From Flavobacteriales bacterium (GTDB lineage Bacteria; Bacteroidota; Bacteroidia; Flavobacteriales_C; GCA-002722245), in contig JBJTOK010000052.1 of NCBI GenBank assembly GCA_046074525.1, forward strand, positions 15,760 to 79,759: 64,000 nt of DNA. The letters are read 5' to 3'. The translations under genes and the position numbers were made by a program. This document shows, piece by piece, positions 47,298 to 56,022 of this stretch (position 1 is its first letter; each line of letters begins with the position of its first letter). Under the pieces are notes generated by a model, which was not told where the DNA came from, did not search any database, and saw only the letters and a list, made by a program, of their open reading frames with translations.

Positions 47298-48599
47298 ATG
47301 AATATGAAGAATGATCTAACACTAAACAAACCCCTCGAAAAGCTAAATGTTTTGAAGTTCTCAGGTGTGCAGATGCGCACTTTCCACATTACCTGGCTTA
47401 CTTTCTTTGCCTGCTTCTTTGCCTGGTTCGGATTGGCGCCGTTGATGCCAACCATCCGTGAGGATTTGGGATTGAGCAAGGGACAGGTAGGTAATACTAT
47501 TATTGCTGCTGTATCGGCAACCATTATTGCCAGATTGCTCATTGGCCGATTGTGTGATACCTGGGGGCCAAGAAAAGCATACACAGCTTTATTGGTGATA
47601 GGGTCAATTCCTGTAATGTGCGTAGGTTTTGCTGAAAGCTATACTACATTTCTTTTGTTTCGTCTTGGCATAGGGATAATCGGTGCTTCCTTCGTTATTA
47701 CACAATTCCACACTTCGGTGATGTTTGCTCCTAAAATTAAGGGAACCGCAAATGCTGTCGCCGGTGGATGGGGTAACCTTGGAGGAGGAATTACCAATAT
47801 GGTAATGCCTGTGCTTTTCGCTGCCATTGTTGGTATGGGATATACAAAAGGTGAGGCTTGGAGATATGCAATGATTTTGCCTGGTGTATTGATGTTGGTA
47901 ATGGCTTTTATCTACTATAAATTCACAAAAGATACTCCGAACGGTAATTATGATGAAATCAACAGAGCGCAGGCGGTAAGCAAAAAAACAGATTGGTCGG
48001 TGCTGGGCGACTGGAGAGTATGGGCACTCGCTTTGTCATATGCGGTTTGCTTCGGTATGGAAATTACTTTTGATGGTGTTGCAGCTTTGCATTTCGTGGA
48101 TCAGTTCGGATTGGATCAAACATCTGCAGGGATGTGGGCTGGTGCTTTCGGAGCGATGAACATTTTTGCCCGTGCAGTTGGTGGTATCTTTGCCGATAAA
48201 ATTGGCGCCAAGTGGGGAATGAAAGGCAAAGGCTGGTTGTTGGCCATTGTGATTATCCTGGAAGGTATCGGACTGGTATTCTTCGCCATGTCGGGTAACC
48301 TTACCATGGCCATCATCAGCATGTTCACCTTCGCAATGTTCCTTAAAATGGGTAACGGTGCTACTTACTCTATCGTTCCTTTTATCGATGAAAAAAATGT
48401 AGGTATGGTGAGCGGTATTGTAGGTGCCGGCGGAAATGTGGGTGGAATGGTGTTTGGCTTCCTGTTCAAATCGGAAAACATTACTTATGTTGAAGCTTTT
48501 GAGTATATCGGCTTCATTGCTGTGGGTGTTGGTGTGATTGTTTTGCTGACCCGCTTCAAGAAGAGAACAGTAGAAAAAACAGAAGTGGTGATTGCTTAA
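47298..48599 (+). CDS. narK: MFS nitrate/nitrite porter (NNP family)
   Basis: 12-TM MFS protein with NNP signatures AGGWGNLGGG and GAGGNVGG. Confidence 0.85.
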   Translation: MNMKNDLTLNKPLEKLNVLKFSGVQMRTFHITWLTFFACFFAWFGLAPLMPTIREDLGLSKGQVGNTIIAAVSATIIARLLIGRLCDTWGPRKAYTALLVIGSIPVMCVGFAESYTTFLLFRLGIGIIGASFVITQFHTSVMFAPKIKGTANAVAGGWGNLGGGITNMVMPVLFAAIVGMGYTKGEAWRYAMILPGVLMLVMAFIYYKFTKDTPNGNYDEINRAQAVSKKTDWSVLGDWRVWALALSYAVCFGMEITFDGVAALHFVDQFGLDQTSAGMWAGAFGAMNIFARAVGGIFADKIGAKWGMKGKGWLLAIVIILEGIGLVFFAMSGNLTMAIISMFTFAMFLKMGNGATYSIVPFIDEKNVGMVSGIVGAGGNVGGMVFGFLFKSENITYVEAFEYIGFIAVGVGVIVLLTRFKKRTVEKTEVVIA

Positions 48600-48621
48600 T
48601 TTTAAATTTGCTCTGCTTTGG

Positions 48622-48656
48622 GATATCCCGTCAGGAATGGCGGGATATTTTTTTTG
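48622..48656 (+). terminator. intrinsic terminator after narK
   Basis: atatcccg tcaggaatgg cgggatat followed by T8. Confidence 0.75.
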
Positions 48657-48733
48657 AACCGTGATTCACCAGGCAGAAGGATTTAAGGATGGTTGCGCGT
48701 GCTTAAATCCTTCTGCATGGTGAATCACGGTTC
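48656..48733. repeat. 78-bp palindrome (32-bp arms, 1 mismatch, 14-nt loop)
   Basis: gaaccgtgattcaccaggcagaaggatttaag ... cttaaatccttctgcatggtgaatcacggttc. Confidence 0.9.
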
Positions 48734-48827
48734 CTACTTGTGTATAACTTTAATTTGCTCTATGTCAATTCACTGCGTATCTTAGCTCCTGACTACTACT
48801 ACTATTAAGAAACTATTAATTGATTCT

Positions 48828-49811
48828 ATGAAATTCGGGGGAATTTTCAGGATGTCGGTTCTGGCATTCGTTTTATCAACTAAAATGCAGGCGCAATGCA
48901 CTGCAGGAGATGGCTGCGATGAAATCAATCCAACCATATCAAGTCCTAAAACCATCAACAGCGGCGACGTTATTTGTTTTACCACCGATATCAGTATTAC
49001 TGGTTCGGTAACAATTAATAATGGCGGTATATTGCGATTGTGCAATGGTACCCGCTTAAATTCCAATCAATCTATTTCGATTTTTCCCGGCGGAAGTCTT
49101 GAATTATACGGCTGTTCCCGACTGGGTGTAGTGGGCTCCTTCACCGATTTCTGGGATGTGGCAATAGAATCATGGTGCCTTAACTGTAATACCGCCGCAT
49201 ATCCTATCGATACCGCTGTGCAGGTGGTAGGGTCGAAAATTCTGACAGGCTGGACCTGCAACCAGGTTTTGCCAGTTGAGCTGGTGGCATTTGACGTCCG
49301 CAAGCAAGATGGAAAGACTGTGTTAAGCTGGTCAACGGCTTCAGAAATCAACAACGATTATTTTTCCGTTCAGCGTTCTTCCGATGGTACAAACTGGTTG
49401 CAGATAGGTACAGTAAGCGGTGCCGGCAACAGCAATGCTTTACTGAATTATTCCTTCGCAGATGAGCTTCCGGGAGAAGGGGTGAACTACTATAAAATTG
49501 TGCAGGTAGATTTTGATGGCGCCAGCAGTGCATCTCCGGTAAAGCATATCACGATGAAAGGTGCCGACTTGTTTGCTCTTAAAAGCAACTGCATTGAAAA
49601 CTCAACGCTTCAAATGGATTTGAAGGGGGAAAATGAAATCCTTTTAACTGTTACCGATGTGATAGGAAGAGTGGTGTATACCCACACTGTAGATCCTACG
49701 AACGCTTCAACACTCACGGTGGTGATGAATTCTTTTTCAGATAACAGTGTTTATCATTTAACAGCAATATGTGGCGATCAGCGCCAAACCACTACTTTCA
49801 TCATGAAGTAG
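48828..49811 (+). CDS. secreted protein with Fn3-like domain and probable T9SS type-A CTD
   Basis: Signal peptide. Contains LVAFDVRKQDGKTVLSWSTASEINNDYFSVQRSSDGTNW...YYKIVQVDFDG. The C-terminal ~80 aa look like a Por secretion tail. Confidence 0.65.
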   Translation: MKFGGIFRMSVLAFVLSTKMQAQCTAGDGCDEINPTISSPKTINSGDVICFTTDISITGSVTINNGGILRLCNGTRLNSNQSISIFPGGSLELYGCSRLGVVGSFTDFWDVAIESWCLNCNTAAYPIDTAVQVVGSKILTGWTCNQVLPVELVAFDVRKQDGKTVLSWSTASEINNDYFSVQRSSDGTNWLQIGTVSGAGNSNALLNYSFADELPGEGVNYYKIVQVDFDGASSASPVKHITMKGADLFALKSNCIENSTLQMDLKGENEILLTVTDVIGRVVYTHTVDPTNASTLTVVMNSFSDNSVYHLTAICGDQRQTTTFIMK

Positions 49812-49813
49812 TG

Positions 49814-50434
49814 CTACCAGTCGAAACCTAGTTTCAGTCCTAAGCGCACACAAGGACTACTAAAATTCTCGCTTACCACAACAGGATTGTTATTGCTGTC
49901 GCTGGCAATGTTCTCTACCGTTTTGTTCAGGAGTCCCAGCGATATGTAATAATCCAGCACAAAAACATCTGCCCAGTCGTAGGTCTGGTGGCCAATGCTG
50001 ATCATTGCCTGTATCTGGTTTTCCTTGAAATCCAAAGTACTTGCGATATCAGTGTATTTGTAATCGGTATAGCGGACATTGACACCAAAATACGTCCCGA
50101 ATTGTGCATCTCTTCCGGGGAAAAACTTGGCTGTAAGTTCTGTTGTCGGACCGAATTTGATTGTTGCACCCGAAAGGTCATTGTCGGAAAAAATATTGTA
50201 ATAATTGCCATAGGTAAATCCCAATCCGCCTTCCAGCGAGAAGAGGTCGCTGAAGCGCCTTTCATAAAAAGCAGAATAGCGCCCGTTCACAAGGTGGAAA
50301 AGTCCGAGCTTGAATACATTTTTGCTGCCTTCAAGGCTTGCGGATTCTTTTGTAGCATCAAATACCCTTACCTGGGCCTCTGATACCAATGTTAGTGAGA
50401 GTAGAATTAAGGCGGAAAGTAACAATGGTTTCAT
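49814..50434 (-). CDS. hypothetical outer-membrane beta-barrel-like protein
   Basis: Signal peptide MKPLLLSALILLSLTLVSEA, an alternating strand pattern, and a C-terminal aromatic residue (GFDW). Confidence 0.6.
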   Translation of the reverse strand: MKPLLLSALILLSLTLVSEAQVRVFDATKESASLEGSKNVFKLGLFHLVNGRYSAFYERRFSDLFSLEGGLGFTYGNYYNIFSDNDLSGATIKFGPTTELTAKFFPGRDAQFGTYFGVNVRYTDYKYTDIASTLDFKENQIQAMISIGHQTYDWADVFVLDYYISLGLLNKTVENIASDSNNNPVVVSENFSSPCVRLGLKLGFDW

Positions 50435-50647
50435 CTCAAAATAGTTCAGTTATGACGAAAATAGCAAAATTATGGCTAGCCGGAAACTAATGGTGCAACG
50501 ACTGTTTTGCGCGACTTATTGCCTTGCAAGCCTCTATAGTTTCAAAAATTAATTTGCATTTAAAAAACAATAGTGTTAAATTCACACTAATAGATGTTTT
50601 GAACCAGAATAACCGATGGGCGTATAACGGCATTAACAGGAGCAAAC

Positions 50648-53600
50648 ATGATGATAAAACACAAAATAAGACTGGTTGTTATACTGCTCATGTTTTGTCT
50701 GCAGTTGCAGGCTGTTACTTTGTTTGTGACCAATACCAATGATGCCGGACCAGGTTCTTTCCGCGCAATTTTGGCGAGTGCCAATAATGGTGATGTAATT
50801 CAATTCAATATCCCGGGTCCGGGACCATACACTATTAAACCTTTAAGTGCGTATTCCATCAGTCGGCAAATTACAATTGACGGAACCATTGCCGGAAAAC
50901 CGGGAATTGAATTCGATGGATCTTTGAGCACAAGCATTGCCGGTTTCGATTTTAATTCTGCTGCAGGCAGCGGTACAATTGTACAGGGGCTGGTGATGAA
51001 TAATTTCAGCTATAATCCCAATCCCATGGTGGATTTCAATGCCTGTGCTATTTCTATTACTCAGGCTTCTAATATAACAGTGAGAAATTGTTATATCGGG
51101 ACGGATGTTACCGGAACTACCGCCAAACCTAATAAGCATGGTATCTGGATCAATGGCAGTTCCAACAACACGATTGGCGGACCGAATGCGGCGGACGGCA
51201 ATTTGATTTCGGGGAATATAGTTCGTGGTATTTGGGTATCGGCACAAGGAGGCACAGCAACCAACAATACCGTGGAGAACAACAAAATCGGGATGAATAT
51301 TAATGGTACAGCATTGCCCAATATTACTGGTGTGGAATACAATCTCACTGCAAAAGACAACCTGATCAAACACAATACAGTGAGCTACAATTGGGGCGAT
51401 GGCTTGTCTTTCAACCAGGGTTCCACAGGAAATAAAATTTACGGCAATATTTTCTCTAACAATGGGGAACATGGTGTGGATTTTTTGAATGGTGATGTAG
51501 GCAATAGCGTGGTGGGTGTTGATTATAACGGAGTGGGGGAGCCGAATCAAATATTCAACAATGGTGCAGCCGGAGTTTTTGTTAGCGAATGGTTTGATGG
51601 CAACGTTTACAATTACGGTGCGCCATCTAAAGTTACTGTGCGCAAAAACAGTATTTATTGCAATGGAGTGAAAGGGATTGCACTCACGGAAAAAACCGGA
51701 CCCTTCACTTCTGCACCAGGAAATAATGGCAAACTGTCGCCGGTGATCAACATGACATCCAATGAAGAAAAAACTTTTGGTACTGCTGCGCCTGGTGATA
51801 TCATTGATATTTATGTAGCCGATAATTGCAATGCCTGCAACAGTAATAACTGGCAGGGGAAAACATGGCTGGCCAGCATTACTGTTGGGGCCGGAGGAAC
51901 CTGGTCGTACACAAAAACAGGTGGTGCTTTATGTAATTCACTCATCGCTACCGCTACCGATGCTGTTGGAAATACTTCGGAATTTGTGGGCATTTGCACG
52001 CGCCCTTCTGTTGATATTCGTGATACAGCTACCTGCAGCACTATCAATCTTTCTTTTGATGTGACACACCCTTGTGCGGTTTCTTATAAATGGTCGACTG
52101 GTGCTACTACGCCTACATTGACTTTGGCCAATGCCACGCCCGGACAATATTGGGTGGAGCTCAAAGGCAGCGATGGTGTGGCTGTGAAAGATGATTTTGA
52201 AATCAGGGCTGCTACTCCTTTTACTGTTGATCTCGGTGCGGATATTTATAAATGTGAAAATCCTTTTTCTCCTTCGGTGACTTTAACACCTGGCTTGTCG
52301 AACAGCTTTACTTATCAATGGTCGAATGGTCTTACTACTTCTTCTATTTCGGTGAATCAGCACGGACGATATTTTGTTAAAGTTACCGATCCGCAGAGTG
52401 GCTGCGTAAATTCGGATACGCTGGATATTTTGCCTAATATAATTCCTGCTGCGGTATTGGATGATGCTGAATTTTGTGAAGGTGATTCGGTAATACTTAC
52501 ACCTGGAAATTTTACTTCGTATAAGTGGAATGATAATTCTACAGGCGCTTCTTTAAAAGTGAAAACATCGGGAGTGTACTGGGTGAAAGTTACCAATGGT
52601 AGTGGTTGCAGCGATAGCGTGTCGGCGACTATCACTGTTCATCCAAAACCAGCGGCTGTGATTGCTCCCAATGATCCATCAATTTGCGCAGGCACTTCCA
52701 TCACGCTGGATGCTACAACTTCCGGCGTCACTTACAATTGGTCAACTACTCAAACCACAGCAGCAATTACTGTGAGCTCAAGTGGAAAATACGTGGTAGA
52801 AGTGGAGACTGCTTATCATTGCAAAGCAAAAGACTCTGTAACGGTAACGGTGATACCACGTGATTCCGCCAGCTTCAGTACTTCAGATTATTGTTTGAAT
52901 GATGCTGCAACGCAACCTGCTTTCCTTTCCGGAAATACTGCTGGCGGAATTTTTTCTTTCTCAACGGCAGTGAGTGATGGCGCTACGATTTCTTCTTCCA
53001 CCGGAAAAATCACTAATGGAAAAGGAGGAACAACTTACTCCATAAAATACCTTACTCCCGGAAGCTGTAAAGATTCTATGGTGCAAAATGTCACTGTGAT
53101 GAACAATCCGGTATTTACTTTACAGCCGCAAGATGTTTCGGTGTGTGCCAATGATCCGGCGCAGTTTACTGTTGCTGCAACTTATGCACTCACTTACCAA
53201 TGGCAGAGTTCTACTGATGGTAACACTTTTACCGATTTGACAGAAGGCGCTCCTTATTCGGGAACCACTACAGCTTCTATCACTGTAAATCCTGTTGATG
53301 CTTCAATGGATTTGTTGAAATTCCGTTGTGTTGCGCATGCCAATACTTGTGATGCGATTTCGGATGTAGCTACGATCTTTTATGGAAAAAGTATTGCCTT
53401 GAGTGATCCAACGGCTGCTGCTGTTTGCGAAGGTTCTTCAATTCAGCTGACTTCTATTGCCAACGGCGCATTGTCTTATCAATGGCAATATTCAACTGAT
53501 GGAACAACTTTCCAGAATATAAATAACGGTGGTGCTTATAACGATGCAACAACATCGGTGCTCACCATCAATCCTGTTGATGCTTCCATGGAAGGTTATC

Positions 53601-54673
53601 TCTTCCGTAATATTGCCACAGGATGCATTAATAATGATACATCGCTCACTGCAGCAATTTCTTTGATTCCAAATGCCGACATTACCACTGAGCCTGCCGA
53701 TACTGCTATTTGTGCAGGAGGAAATACAGCGTTTTCTTTAACAGCTGTGAATGCTTTGTCTTATCAGTGGTATGTGAGTACTAACAACGGTGCAACTTAC
53801 AGTGCGTTGGATAATATGACTACAAATACTTTAAATGTGAGCCCAGCAACAGTAGCAATGAATAATAATTTATACTTTGCTTTGGTTACGGGGACTTGCG
53901 GTGTGCTGACTTCGGATACTGTTCTTTTAAATGTTACCGATCCTCTTGCCATAATCGATGCACCAGCTACCGTTTGTCCGGGTGAACCTTTTGAAATTAA
54001 CATGACAGCAAACTATTCCAATCCGAAATTTTATCTCGATGGTGTTTTGGAAAATAGTAATCCTGTGACGAAAAGTATTTTATCTCAAATAACATATTCT
54101 CTAACAACAGAAGTGAATGGATGTATGAGTCCGGCTGTCTCTGCAACGGTTAGAATCATTGATATTCCTGTGCCTGAAGTCGCTGCCGACATGACCGTTT
54201 GTCCCGAAACAGAAATTCAGCTTGGCATTACGGAGATTAGTGGTTATACCTACAAGTGGACAAATGCCGATGGTTATTCTTCTTCCGATGTTCAACCTAA
54301 GCTGGTTCCCGAAAAAACGGCTACTTATATTGTGTCTGTAAAAAATACGGTGTGCACATATTCTATGGTCGATTCCATTAAAGTAACGGTCCGCGATGAA
54401 ATGAAACTCTTTTATCCCAATGCATTCACCCCTAATGAAGACGGTGTGAACGATGTGTTTCAGGTAGTAGGAGAAGGAGTGGTAGATTTTAACGCCATTA
54501 TTTTCGATCGCTGGGGTGAGATCATTTATCAATGGAATTCCCTCGACGGCGGCTGGGATGGACGCGCCAAGGACCAGCGTCAGGTACAGATTGATGTGTA
54601 TGTGATTAAGGTAAGTGCCAGTGGTGTTTGTGACGGGCAGTCGGATGTATCTACTGTGACGGTGATACGATAA
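50648..54673 (+). CDS. large T9SS (type-B CTD) surface protein: right-handed beta-helix region plus Ig-like repeats
   Basis: Signal peptide. Parallel beta-helix repeats (NNTIGG..NLISGN, NNKIGMN, NKIYGNIFSNN). Cys-bracketed Ig-like repeats, including YQWQSSTDG modules. The C-terminus reads FTPNEDGVNDVF...FDRWGEIIYQW...WDGR. Confidence 0.85.
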   Translation: MMIKHKIRLVVILLMFCLQLQAVTLFVTNTNDAGPGSFRAILASANNGDVIQFNIPGPGPYTIKPLSAYSISRQITIDGTIAGKPGIEFDGSLSTSIAGFDFNSAAGSGTIVQGLVMNNFSYNPNPMVDFNACAISITQASNITVRNCYIGTDVTGTTAKPNKHGIWINGSSNNTIGGPNAADGNLISGNIVRGIWVSAQGGTATNNTVENNKIGMNINGTALPNITGVEYNLTAKDNLIKHNTVSYNWGDGLSFNQGSTGNKIYGNIFSNNGEHGVDFLNGDVGNSVVGVDYNGVGEPNQIFNNGAAGVFVSEWFDGNVYNYGAPSKVTVRKNSIYCNGVKGIALTEKTGPFTSAPGNNGKLSPVINMTSNEEKTFGTAAPGDIIDIYVADNCNACNSNNWQGKTWLASITVGAGGTWSYTKTGGALCNSLIATATDAVGNTSEFVGICTRPSVDIRDTATCSTINLSFDVTHPCAVSYKWSTGATTPTLTLANATPGQYWVELKGSDGVAVKDDFEIRAATPFTVDLGADIYKCENPFSPSVTLTPGLSNSFTYQWSNGLTTSSISVNQHGRYFVKVTDPQSGCVNSDTLDILPNIIPAAVLDDAEFCEGDSVILTPGNFTSYKWNDNSTGASLKVKTSGVYWVKVTNGSGCSDSVSATITVHPKPAAVIAPNDPSICAGTSITLDATTSGVTYNWSTTQTTAAITVSSSGKYVVEVETAYHCKAKDSVTVTVIPRDSASFSTSDYCLNDAATQPAFLSGNTAGGIFSFSTAVSDGATISSSTGKITNGKGGTTYSIKYLTPGSCKDSMVQNVTVMNNPVFTLQPQDVSVCANDPAQFTVAATYALTYQWQSSTDGNTFTDLTEGAPYSGTTTASITVNPVDASMDLLKFRCVAHANTCDAISDVATIFYGKSIALSDPTAAAVCEGSSIQLTSIANGALSYQWQYSTDGTTFQNINNGGAYNDATTSVLTINPVDASMEGYLFRNIATGCINNDTSLTAAISLIPNADITTEPADTAICAGGNTAFSLTAVNALSYQWYVSTNNGATYSALDNMTTNTLNVSPATVAMNNNLYFALVTGTCGVLTSDTVLLNVTDPLAIIDAPATVCPGEPFEINMTANYSNPKFYLDGVLENSNPVTKSILSQITYSLTTEVNGCMSPAVSATVRIIDIPVPEVAADMTVCPETEIQLGITEISGYTYKWTNADGYSSSDVQPKLVPEKTATYIVSVKNTVCTYSMVDSIKVTVRDEMKLFYPNAFTPNEDGVNDVFQVVGEGVVDFNAIIFDRWGEIIYQWNSLDGGWDGRAKDQRQVQIDVYVIKVSASGVCDGQSDVSTVTVIR

Positions 54674-54773
54674 GCGTTCAAATCAAAGTTGTTAATTACC
54701 TGACTACATTTGCGAAAATTTTGTACTCAAATTTCTCCCCTTCTACTTCCCTCCCGGAGGGGGATAACCCAGA

Positions 54774-54916
54774 TTAAGGCAAGACGAGGATTTGCACACC
54801 TAGAGCCGCAATGCTTGCGGCTGTGAAATGGTTACGAATACGCTTCATAGGCATGCATGTCAACCATACTACAGCCGCGAGCATTGCGGCTCTAGGTGTG
54901 CAAATTCTTGCCTTAA
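54774..54916. repeat. 143-bp inverted repeat (about 46-51-bp arms, 46-nt spacer)
   Basis: The left arm is ttaaggcaaga(cgagg)atttgcacacctagagccgcaatgcttgcggctgt. The right arm is its reverse complement apart from the 5-nt indel and 1 mismatch. Confidence 0.85.
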
Positions 54917-55063
54917 TAAGAAAAGGGATTTGCCTCATTCTGGGTCATCATCTCTCGGAGAAGATGGGTTGTTAACCGGTGTTTTTGAAGGGGATGGATT
55001 TAAGTCATCTTATTTATCTTCTGTTGAAAGGAAGAAATAATCAAACTGTAAAGATTCAATAAT

Positions 55064-56022
55064 AGACCTCTTGCGTAAGTCGTCTCCTTCGCTATTAAAC
55101 GCTGAATGCTAATAAAATCAGATTCTATTTGATTTTTTGTGGCATCAGAAAACGGAATTTCACAAGAAAAATGTTTTGGAAAAAAATTAGCAAACACAAT
55201 TCGGGAAAATTTAAACGTTTGACGGGTGTTGAACTTCGAACTTTTAAGATGATGGTGAAAAGAAGTAAAGGCTCATGATACGAGAAAAGTGGAAAAAAAG
55301 GGAAATGCAAGAAGTCGTCCGTATCGCTTAAGTGTAGAGGATCAAATCCTCATGCTTTTAATGTATTACCGTGAATACCGTACGCAATTTCATATAGGCG
55401 AAACCTATGGCCTACATGAATCAAATGTAGGGAAGAACATAAGGCGCATCGAAAAGATTTTAAAAAAATGCAAACACTTATCCTTGCCAGGCAAGGAAAA
55501 ATTATCAGGAACGAACCATCAGTTCTAGGTAATACTGGTAGATGCCACAGAGAGTCCGATAGAACGGCCTAAAAAAACAACACTTACATTATTCAGGGAA
55601 AAAGAAAAAGCACACCATAAAAACACAATTAATGGTAGACAAAAAGACAACAAAGATCATCTGTACCCATCAATCAAGAGGAAAAGTACACGATTTCAAA
55701 TTGTTTAAAAAAAGTAAACTCCCACTGAATAAGAATAAAAAAGTGAAAGTTGATTCTGGATATCAAGGAGTAAAGCAGATACACAGCAATAGCGAATTAC
55801 CAATCAAAAGCACTAAACTCTTCCCCTTAACGAAAAAAGAAAAAAGAATGAATCTGAATTTATCAAAAACAAGAGTAACGGTGGAACACGTTATTGGAAA
55901 AATAAAAGTATTCAGGATTATTTCCGAAAGATATCGAAACAGACGAAAACACTACGATATAAGAATGAATCTCATTTGTGGAATACACAATTTTGAACTA
56001 AAATGACTTACGCAAGAGGTCT
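55064..56022 (+). mobile_element. 959-bp IS (IS5-superfamily-like, HTH_Tnp_4/DDE_Tnp_4-type transposase), decayed
   Basis: Perfect 18-bp terminal inverted repeats: AGACCTCTTGCGTAAGTC at 55064-55081 and its complement at 56005-56022. AAT flanks both ends (55061-55063 and 56023-25). The internal transposase reading frame is broken. Confidence 0.8.
55171..56006 (+). pseudogene. transposase pseudogene (2 frameshifts plus 1 in-frame TAG)
   Basis: Three frame segments are joined. Segment 1 is MFWKKISKHNSGKFKRLTGVELRTFKMMV, ending at a frameshift near 55257. Segment 2 is KEVKAH...RPYRLSVEDQILMLLMYYREYRTQFHIGETYG...NHQF, then TAG at 55526-55528, then VILVDATESPIERPKK. A frameshift lies in the A7 run at 55571-55577. 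Segment 3 is QHLHYSGKKKKHTIKTQLMVD...VDSGYQG...RVTVEHVIGKIKVFRII. Confidence 0.8.

Noticed and set aside
47108-47584. 158-aa minus-strand ORF spanning the cld-narK intergenic region and the narK 5' end
   Set aside because: It overlaps the narK coding start and the terminator and promoter region. It has no family features. narK on the plus strand carries clear NNP signatures.
54828-55040. 70-aa plus-strand ORF between the adhesin gene and the IS
   Set aside because: It starts inside the spacer of the 143-bp inverted repeat and runs through its right arm. It is Cys/Ser/His-rich low-complexity sequence with no start context.
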